Shown here: positions 49,929-61,200 of the stretch, piece after piece
Layout of the letters: every line of letters starts with the position of its first letter
Numbering within the stretch: the first letter of the stretch is position 1
Origin: Octopus vulgaris
Lineage: Eukaryota
Direction: 5' to 3'
Assembly (NCBI GenBank): GCA_951406725.2
Contig: OX597815.1
Location: forward strand, 93,744,001 to 93,808,000
Length of the DNA stretch: 64,000 bases
The notes under the pieces: generated by a model
Database searches by the model: none
Told to the model about the DNA's origin: nothing
The model's input: the letters and a program-made list of their open reading frames with translations, nothing else
Made by a program: the position numbers and the translations under genes

Positions 49929-52084
49929 ACTAAGTTGAAGCTAATCGTTATTTGTTTATATAAGGAAATTCAGAAGAAGTCTCGACATGTTTGGTGTGTT
50001 TAATTAAACTTAATTTGTCTTTTAATCAACATTCCTGGTTACTGCCCTCCATTGCACTTTATTCTGGAAACTAAGTTTCGTATAAATTTGTCTGCAACAT
50101 TCTCTCTCTTTATTCATTTTTAACTGATTTGTTTAATACTATGATATTTCAAAATAACTTATTAGCAATAGTTTAAAACTATATTAAAGGTATATATGAT
50201 GGAATAAATATATTTTTATCTCGATCACAAGTTTAAGTATTAGTACGAAAATAAGTTTACCTAATGTAAGACAATTTTTCTTTATTTTCTTTATTTCCCC
50301 CAAAATGTGTTTGGCGTTGTTTAAAACATAAATTAGGTAAATATTTGAAAATATTAAATATAATTGATGATGTAAATTTATCATTGCTTCTGATATATCA
50401 ACAAATACAATATAATGAATGTTATTCAAGAGTCCAAAACCGAATTATTGTAAACATTAGTTCTAGATTTCATTGTGTAAATACCTTTGCAAACATCTGA
50501 TATTTACGATATGTACACTATGAAAGAAATTATCAAGGATTTGGCCGTTGGTGCAGACGAAATTTGTATTTAGTTATGAACATTTTAGAGAGTAATATAA
50601 TACCATTGCGAAATAAACAAAAATTAATGTAACAGTATACGTGTGTCTTGAAAGGCAAATATTGATGCTACAAAGATGCAATTCTTTTTATATTTTTATC
50701 ATCATATGAACAGCTTGCGTTGTTTGTGTAATATATTATAGTGGATTCATTATATCCATTTAAAAACAAATACTATTGTTTTTCCATCATCAGTTGTTGC
50801 TTGGAATTAAGATTAGAGCCCAATACTGATTTGTATAAATATATTAGTTTATTGTTCTCAGTTGTCAACTTTTTCACCCTTTTTCCACGTTCTAATATAT
50901 AGTTGGTATTTCTAGCAAAAATTACAGTAGATGAGCCTGTTGTCGCAGGAGTTTGTCTATTATCTTTTTCATACATGACCCGCTACAAATAGCAACCAAA
51001 TCTCCTTCATATCATTGTAAAGAAAGACACATGGGGTGTTAGTTATGGATGCATAACGCCTGAAGTGAAAGATGGAATAACTAATTATAAGCCTCGGTTA
51101 TCAGGTCTGACTTAAGGCTAAACAACAACTAATTCTATCACAGTGTCACTCCTCGTGCCTCGTGGTATTGTGCTTATCATTTCTCCCCCTGTTTTTTTTT
51201 TCTATCTGAAATGATGAAGTAGACTTTAAGAGAACACAAATCATGCTAGAAAAAGTTATCAATCAATACTATGTTAAGTATCATCATCACCATTTAATGT
51301 CCATGTTTCATGCTGGTATGGGTTGGATGGTTTGACAGGATTTGATCAGTTCAAGGGTTGCATCATGCTCCAATGTTTGCTTTGGTGTGGTTTCTACAGC
51401 TGGATGCCCTTCCTAATGCCAACCACTTTACTGCATGTACTAGGTGTTGTTTTCATGGCACCAAAATTAGTAAGGCCACCATGCAGCTTGCTAGACTAAA
51501 ACCCTTCTTGACTGAGTGGGGTCTACAATAGAGAGGAAGGCAATATGAAAGAAGGGGCCAGAACAGAGCAGGCTTTTTTTGTCTTGTTGAGGAGCTACAT
51601 TTGCTACTCGCATTATAGAAGAGTGTATATAAACTATTAAGATATGTGTAGAAATAACAAGTGTTATAATAATCATAGAAGTAAGAAATATTATGGTAGG
51701 TGTAGAAGTAACAAATTTTATAGAGACAAGTAACAATATTATGATGTGGAAAGGGCTGTTGGTTGCTAGCATCATTAGAATGTCTGAAAAAATGCCAAGC
51801 AGCATTCATTCCAGTTCTCTATGTTCTAAGTTTAAATCTTCCTGAGTTCAGCTTCACCTTTCATCCGTCTGGTGTTAGTAAAATATTGTAAGAGTCAAGT
51901 GCCTCAGTCAATGATATTGACAAATCCTCTTCCCCCTAAACTGTTAGGTTTGTACCTATATTAGAAACAGGTGTGGAAAAAACAAATGCTATGATAGGTA
52001 ACAAGTAGTATGATAAATATAAAAGTAATAAATACTTTGATAGGTTATTGATATAAAAATAATTTCCATTTTTACTTCATTTAG
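49929..52084. promoter_or_regulatory. Divergent TRAPPC10/ALKBH3 promoter region, including the unseen ALKBH3 5' non-coding exon
   Basis: The start codons face away from each other 2.17 kb apart. CpGs are visibly more frequent at ~49100-51200 than in the gene bodies. TSSs cannot be determined from sequence. Confidence 0.6.
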
Positions 52085-52097
52085 ATCTCTTTGAGAT

Positions 52098-52292
52098 ATG
52101 AGTTCTGACAAACGACGTCGAGCTCGAATACAAGGAGGATGGTCATCAGCTTCTAACAATAACACTGGTAAGAAATTACCACAACCTAAACGCCCTCCAG
52201 TATCATTTAACACTTTAAATGACCAAGATAACAAAGAAGACAGTTCAAAACAAGAAGAATACGCACAATTTTTATTTACTGGATCTTCTAAT
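52098..52292 (+). CDS. ALKBH3: ALKBH3 first coding exon
   Basis: An acceptor at 52084 precedes the ATG, implying an upstream non-coding exon. MSSDKRRRARIQGGW; donor GTAAGT. Confidence 0.9.
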
Positions 52293-55200
52293 GTAAGTAT
52301 ACAATGTATTTGTGCATTTTTGTGTATGAGATGGGGAGCACAGATAGTTACATGGAGAAGGTGGAGGGTAACCAGCCAAGAGTTTGGTGCTTCATATATT
52401 TGATTGGCACAGTTTAGTCAGTGGCTCCTTAGCTCTGAAATGGTCCCATCCATCTGGTTGTAAATAAGAACCACTTTCCATCCACCACACTAAACTGAAA
52501 TAACATGAAAAGATTGATGAGTGGTCTGTTAGCTTGCAAGATTGGGTTTAATCCTTATTAGCCTTAAGGAGTCAACAAGAAACCACTTCAAATTATTCTG
52601 TAAAAACCAGTTCTTCAGTAGTTACAATAACCTGCATACAGGATTACAGAATTCAATGATGACTCAGTCATCACTCTAATGATATTTATTTATCGTATTA
52701 ACATATTCTTTGGCTTGAATTAGGTTAGTCTCATCTACCACTCCACTGACTGGGGACTAAGTGTCAGCATCTTAGTTTATTGACAGCTATTTCTCATCAG
52801 CTCAGCTATTTGCTGAATTTGTAGTGTGGAAGTTGTTGTTTTTTTTTTCTTTCATATAATTTAGCCTCAATAGTGAGATTGAAACTAAAGATACAACTAA
52901 AGAAAGTTCAAGTTCTTCATATACTTCATTATTCAGGGGTTAGTGGTAGGAAAAACAGTCAACTATGAAAGTAGACTTTGCTAAAAGCACCTAAGGACCA
53001 TGTAGTAGGGTTAAACTGTATGACAAATTAAATCTACTACCTCAAAATTACTTCAATGAAAGGGAAAAACCCCTCTCATTGCAGCAAGCATGACAAAATT
53101 ATTGTGAAATGAGAATGAAGAGCAGTGTCTTTGATCTTTGCAACTACTCTCACATAGATGTGGTCAATATGGCTAATGTTTAACTTTAAATTTTGTTGGG
53201 AAGATGTGAACTGGGTGAGAGTTGTTGAGGACTGCAATTCTGTTTCAAAGATAAAGTGTAAGATAAAGTGTTTAGTACAACACAGTAGGGATGATAAGTA
53301 GAGGGAGAAATGGTAGAATTCCTTAAGTTTAAATAGCAATTTAAAAGCACCCACCACACTCTCGGAGTGGTTGACTTTAGGAAGGGCATCCAGCTGTAGA
53401 AACTCTGCCAGATCAGATTGGAGTCTGGTGCAGCCATCTGGTTTGCCAGACCTCGGTCAAAGCACATATTTCTGCCTAGCTGAAGACAATATTGTACAGT
53501 CTTCTATGCAGTGCTTAATTATATGAGACACACTGGATTGTTGTTAATGTTTAAATCCTGATCAGCCCTGATTGAGTAAACCTATGCTAGCATGGAAAGC
53601 GGACATTAAACGATGATGATGTAATAGATGTGTTAAGCAGTATGACAAATGTTCTAATAAGTGCTATATAAGGCTTATACATCAAATATTCAGTTAGATA
53701 AAATTTGCATTTAAACTCGTTTATTGATTTTTTAATTTTATAAGAAAATTTCAAAATATCCCTTGTGTATTAATTGCTATAACAAATTGTTATAACAAAA
53801 ACTTAGTGAAATATTTAAAATATTAACAGTTGGATAGATAGACAAATATAACAAAATAATTTGACAAAAAATGTGAATTTTTAATTATTTTCTGAGATTT
53901 TACAAAAACAACAAAAATATTATTAAAAAAAATATTTAATGTTATATTATTGACTTTATATCAGATTATATATTTTTAGAACAATCCTTTGTTTCTTTTA
54001 TTGCAGAAATTCAGAGAGAAACCACCAGTAAAAACTATCACGTGAGAACATTTTTTTGGACAATCATCCATGTTTCTTTTGTTGATGATGCTGTTTTTTA
54101 GCCCCCAGGTCAGCTATGACCCAGCTATGATCAGAGGCATTCCAGCTGTGGCCATCCTGTCTTTTTCTTATGTGCATGAAACCCAGGACCATATTATCTT
54201 TTTTTAGGACATTAGAGAGAGATATCAGGAAGATTCAGGTGATATAACTAGGTGAGCAACCAGCCTTTGATAAGCTCTGGTCAGCTGAACAACTATGCAC
54301 ATATTTCTGCCTAGCTGAAGACAATATTGTACAGTCTTCTATGCAGTGCTTAATTATATGAGACACACTGGATTGTTGTTAATGTTTAAATCCAGATCAG
54401 CCCTGATTGAGTAAACCTATGATGAAAAGCATTCCAACCATGATCATCCCTTGTTGCATATCCAAGGCCACATGATCCAAATGGGTCTAATTTTTTTTAA
54501 GATAGTTGGGTATTTGAGGGAAATTTGGCTATTATTTCTAGCAGGTTGAACAACTGCATAGCTGCTCCCTAGCTGTCGTTAGGTTGATATTACACCAGGA
54601 GACACATGGCTCACATTCTTCCCCTATAAACTACAAGGCTAATGGAATGAAACAGATATATAGTAGTGGATGTTGGGATGGGTATGGCATATTTAAGTTT
54701 ATCTGAGATGGAGGATGGGCACTACTTAAAGCAACTTTAGGTCTGTTTTTATCATGATACTGAGGCCACATAGTGTGATTAATGTTCAGTTTGAATTGTT
54801 CCATGTTAGTAACCAGAAAGAACGGATGGGTAAGGAAGAAGTTTCTGGACGTGGAAATTCTGAAGAGGAAGGATTGAGAGAAATGCTTAATATGAAAACT
54901 GGAAGATGAATGAAATAATTATCCATTCCTTAGCTTTTGGAATGATGTAGTTGCTAAATAATCAAAATGTTATTGTTGTTGTTTAGCTTCAGAGTAGCTC
55001 TGATTGAACATACCTACAATCAGAGACATTCAAACCTTGGGTGTCAGTATTTTTTCCCTAATGGTGTATCCCTGACTACATCATCCAATGTAGGATGTGT
55101 GGTTTGGGGAAGATTTGGCTGCTGCTATTTCCAACAGGTCTAACAACCATGTAGATGTTTCCTCACTTACTTAATGATTACAGATCTGTGCTCCTTGCTA

Positions 55201-58200
55201 ATAATAATCTATCGATTGTTGGTTCAGTCCTTGCTAAGACTTTCAGACCATTGATCTGAACCATTTCTAAATTTGCCTTATTCTACTCAACTGAAAATAA
55301 ATCTCTAAAGATGGTCCATAGCTCCATTAAGTCATAGAAGCAATATTATTGAGTGGATAATCAATAGGCCTCTCTATTGTTGCTTAACCCTGTGTAAGCC
55401 CTGATCCAGCAAAGCTATATTTAAAGGTGTTTCAGTCATGACCATCTCATATTATTTCAAAATTACATATCTAATCATTGTCCTTCCTTTTTTAAGATAG
55501 TAAAGTATGAGTTGAGGATTTGGTTGCTATTTCTTGTAGGTTGAGGTACCACATAAAGCCTTTCTTGATCTCAAGTTAATCATCAGAGGGAGAGACTATT
55601 TTCTTCTGTATTAACTGTAAATATCTACCAGAATTTTACCTACAATGGTCTAGCATTTTATTCATCTCTCATTCACTTAAAGCATAAATCCTTCAAATCC
55701 CTTGAACCCATGCAAAAGACTGAGCCAACAAAGAAGCCTCGAGGTAATCATGCAACCTGCTGGTTTAAAGAAATACTTTTCCATTATATACAGTTCCTGT
55801 TTCTTACAACTACAAACATACCTCACATGCTCTGATTATCTTTCCTGCCAGCCTCACATAACATAACTGGAACAAAGGAATACTGCTAGCATATTTGGAA
55901 TGGTGTAGCAAAAATATTTTAGGCTACATTCAAACAAAAGCCACTGACTCGTCAGCAAGAACTCACTCATCTACACACCTCTGTCCCACAGATTATACTG
56001 TTTCTTTACTCTAGCTGTCCTATCTCTATTACCACATCTTTCACTCTTCTAAACTAGTTGTGCACCTTCTTCATTCATGTTAATCCAACATGACTATCTA
56101 CTTCTACTCATCGCCCATACTGTGTCTCAACTCAAATATCCCATACTAACTCTTTTACACAATCCTTTCTTTCACTTTCCCCAGATCCTCAATGCTCTGG
56201 AATTCCATTCCCACATTTTCCCTTTAGGTATTCAGACTGTATCACTTTAACTAGTTAGTCATTTTGACCATTGTCAAAAAGCTTACAGTGAATGTAGATA
56301 CTGTCCCCTTTCTCCTGGTTAAACCATGAAAACAAAGAACTCCCTAGAAACAAATAATCTTCATTGGTGTCCAGTGACTCACCAGATTAGGAATATAATC
56401 TATATGTGTCTTTTATATTTGCAGAGAACATGGAATACATGATATTAGTGCCAGTGAAAATGGTGTGTCAAGGTGAGTTTCACTAATTTGATACAAGTAA
56501 ACAAACGGTAGGGTCACATGGCATAACAATTATGTGGTTTCAGGTTTAATCCCACTGTGTGACACCTTGGGTAAGCATATTAAACCAAAACCTCAAAACA
56601 ACCCAGACCAAATTGAGTTGACAGAAACTGAGTGGAAGCCTGTTGAAGAAACATACCTAATCTTGAGTGGGAGACTTAATCCATTGTCCTGTTTAATTAC
56701 ATTCTTGGCCCTTAGGTACCTTTACAAGAACCTAAGGGCTAGGAGTGCAGTTAAAGCAGAGGTCTCTGGTCTGAGAATAACTTATGATAAGTGCTTTCTT
56801 TCAGAAACCTTATAAAAAGACCACAACTCTTCCTCCTTTGACTAAACCGTAACAAAACTAATCTTTCAATTTCTCATGTTTTTTGGAATGAAGTCCTTAT
56901 ACATTGATAACATCAGTGAAGAAAAACATGAGTGCATTATTTTATTCTCCTGCTTATTTTCAAGCAGTTAGCTGGTGATGAAAATATCTTGTCTTTTTAA
57001 AGCTGTAGTTTAACTACTTTATAATTCAATTGATGCAATTTTTAAACTTGTGTTCTAGGATTCGTTTCTTCCCCAGTTTTATTGAAGAGAAAGAAGCAGA
57101 TAGGATATTCAGAACTCTCCTCCATGATCTTCCGTGGAAACAAGCAAGTGATGTATTACCAAATGGCTCCAAATTTCTGCAACCCCGTCTGACAGCTTGG
57201 TATGGAGATTTACCCTACAGTTACTCAGGACAAACTCATCAACCCAATGCCAAGGTTAATACTCTTTTACTTGTTTCAGTCATGTGACTGTGGCCATGCT
57301 GGAGCACCGCCTTTAGTCAAGCAAATCGACCCCAGGACTTATTCTTTGTAAGCCTAGTACTTATTCTATCAGTCTCTTTGGCTGAACCGCTAAGTTACGG
57401 GGACGTAAACACACCAGCATCAGTTGTCAGGCGATGTTGGAGGGACAAGCACAGACACACAAACATATACACACAATCATATATATGACGGGCTTGGTAG
57501 AGTTTCCGTCTACCAAATCCACTCACAAGGCTTTGATTGGCCCGAGGCTATAGTAGAAGACACTTGCCCAAGGTGCTCCGCAGTGGAACTGAATCCAGAA
57601 CCATGTGGTTGGTAAGCAAGCTACTTACCACACAGCCACTCCTACACCTATTAGTTATTTAATTAATATTCACATTAATTAAATAACTAATATCAGCAAA
57701 GACCAGACTGATTTTTATCTACTGAAAGTTTACTTCTAATTATGATATCTAACATTGACACATGGCTATGCATTTAGTCACAGTACATCACTAACACTTC
57801 CTTAAAAGGATCAAAGGCCAAGTTCATTCTCGCAGCATTTTAATCAGAAACATTTAAATGATGTGTCCTTTTTAATCGCTTAGTAAGAGGTGGAAGAGCA
57901 GTGCCTATGACATTTTGCAGTGCTTTTGTGGCTGTTGGAGGAAAGAAAATGGGTCAATATAAAGCTATGGTAGAAGACATTTGTCCAATGTGCTACGCTC
58001 TGGGATCAAATTTATAGCCATTTGACTGTGAAGCAAACTTCATAACTACATGGTTATGTCTTATAAATTCCACTATTCTAATAGTAAATAGTTATTTCCA
58101 ACTTTAGCACAAGCCAGAAATTTGTAGAAGGAGGTAATTACTGAAGTGTCCTCATTTTATTGTGACCTTTGAATTTCATGTATAATTATTTTATCCCAAC

Positions 58201-61200
58201 ACAAAACTATTCCGTTCCATCACAAATGGTTATCACCCTTCCACTTGTTAGGCAACCAAATATCCCCATATTACGTACTACTTTCTATATAACAATATAT
58301 AGAGAGGTTGTATACTGTCAACATAACATGACAGTCCCGTAAAGGAATTACACCACTGCTGTTTAACCCTAGGAAGCATCGACGCTTCCTGTCGGCTTTG
58401 ACACGTTTCCTGTGTCCGACACAGGAAATGTGTCAAAGCTGACAGGAAGCGTTGATGCTTCCTAGGGCTAAATAGCGGTGGTGTAATTCCCTTACAGGAC
58501 TGTCATGTTATGTTGACAGTATACAACCACTCTATCGCTCCACCACCGCTCATGTCTCTTTGAGACATTTAGAAATTTAATATTTCTAATATATAGAGAG
58601 TATGTGTGTTAAAATTATAGTCATCTAAGAATCCATGAGTCAGAATAAACAGGATTTCGTATATTTGTCAATAGTGTGTGTATATTAATATTTATACAAT
58701 ACAGTGTTATAGATCCATTTCAGCTGATTTTACCAGTTGATTTTATTTATGAGAGTTTAGTAAAACCATTCTCTACACTCATAAGAAGTAGGAAAAATTA
58801 TGGTGGCACGTTTTTTCCACTGGAAAGTATAGTGTCACATTCAGTTTGTGGGTGTCATAAAAACAGGAAGTTAAAAAAAAAGTTTTTTTTGTTTATTAGA
58901 GTTATGCCCCTTGAATTAGACTGTAGAGTGGAATGCAGGCAGGATAGTGTTGTGTGTGTAAGGGGAGAGTGTGGATGAGGAAGAACAATCTTAAACTCAT
59001 ATGTGGACATGTATGTGTGTTTGTACATAATAAGCTGGGTGTTGCAAAGCTCTAATATTTATATTCAGTCCTCCAATATCCAATTACATATCTACACTCA
59101 TATCTGGAATGGTGCCGCAAAAACATTCTAGACTACATTGAAACAAAAGCCATTGCCTTGTGAGCAAGACTTCACTCAATCCATCAGCATCTAATTACAT
59201 ATCTACACTCATGAGGGCAGGATCAGAAATTTCGCTTTTGCAGTTTAAATAGGGATCTGGGTAAAGCAAATTCTTTAGTGGAATTCTTTTCTCTGCCAAG
59301 CAGAGCCTGCACTTCTCATTACAATTGAAATAAGGTTATCATCTAACCAGTATTTCCCACTTGATGCTATAATTCACAACACTTTTTTTCAACAGTTATA
59401 TGTGCCTTGCTAGGGCTGTATCATTTTACTTCCTGGATATTAAACAAGAATTTATGGTTGCTAAATTTGGTCCTGATGGGATCTTTTTGTCACATCCACA
59501 TATTCCCACACGTCCATCTGTCCACTGAGATCCTTTGACATCACCTTGCCTCATATACAATTGTCTCTGCATTACATTAGCTATTTAATTGACCTGCAAT
59601 ATTGTCTTGCATGAGCTTCTTGCCTCAGTTTCATTTATGTGCCTACCTACTAAGATTTTTTTTGCACTAGGTACACAGCTAAAAGAAATTCTTAAGCTGT
59701 GTCTGTGCATTTGGAGGAAGTAGTTATTGATGAAAGAAGCCATCACATGCATATATATGATTATGTGTTAGTATCTCCATGTCATGACATCATGCAATAA
59801 TTGTAAATGAATGTCACCATCATACACACACAGTGCTATTTGTTTTCTATCTTCTATGTAAGTATGTTTGGTCATGGGGAAATATTAAATTGCTTGGAAA
59901 TAGGTGAGGGTTGGCAACAGGGAAAGCATCTGGTCATAGAAAACCTACCTCAATGAATTTTGTCATGCAAGCACACAGAAAACTCTAGTAGTTACCCTGA
60001 CACTTGAGTTTCAATCCAGATAGAGTGTAAGTGCCCTGAGAGAAAAGTAGGGCATAAGAAGCATCAAATGTGGTGTGCAAGAGAGACAACTGCGCTGGTA
60101 TGGTCATGTGTTACATATGGATGAGGACAGTTGTGTGAGGAAGTGCCACACCCTAACTGTGGAAGGAACCTGTGGAAAAGGAAGACATGGGATGAGGTGG
60201 TGAAGCATGACTCTAACATTGGGCCTCACAGAGGCAATGACAGGAGACCAAGACCTTTGGAGATATGCTGTGATTGAGAAGATCCAGCAACTAAAGTGAG
60301 ATCTCAGTCATGGCTGATGCCAGTGTTGCATGTCCAGCCCATTTAAGAGTACCCTTGATGCGTTGGGCAATATGATATGCTTGAGAATACCTGCTAAGTA
60401 AAACCAAAATCGTAGCTGTGGCCAGTGCCTATTGACTGGCTCCTGTTTCGGTAGCATGTATAATGCATCATCCCAACGTGGTCGATACCAGTGTCTCTTG
60501 ACTGGCACCCATGCTGGTGACACATAAAACGCACCATCCGAATGTGGCTAATGCTAGTACCCACTGACTGGCTCCCGTGCTAGTGACATGTAAAAAGCAC
60601 TAGCCAAACATGATCGATACTAGACCCACATGACTGGCTCCTGTGCCGGTGGTACGTAAAAAGCGCCCACTATACTCTTGGAGTGGTTAGCGTTAGGAAG
60701 GACATGCTGCTGTAGAAACATTGCTAGATCAGATTGGAGCCTGGTGCAGCCACTGGCTCTCCAGACCTCAGTCAAACCGTCCAACCCATGCCAACATGGA
60801 AAATGGACGTTAAATGATGACGATGATGCTACAGTAGAAGACACTAGTCCATGGTCCTGTGTAATGGGATTGAACATGATTGCAAAGTGAATTTCTTACT
60901 CGCGCACACACAGAAACGTGTGTGTGTATGTGTAGTTTGTAACTCTACTTTGAGGACTTGGGAAGCATTTTTACTTCTCCCCAAATATAAAATTGCAAAT
61001 TGTTAGTTATTCTTAAAATATATATCATTGTTTAATGTCCATTTTTATTCTTGTGAATTACATGGGAACCTCACTGCAGCTGGTGTCACCCAGTACACAC
61101 TGTACTGGATACATCTATGACTGGATGTGCCTTGGAATTAGGAAAGGCAGACAGTGGAGCATGACACGGTCCTCTAACTCAATGGATCTTGAAAAACCAT

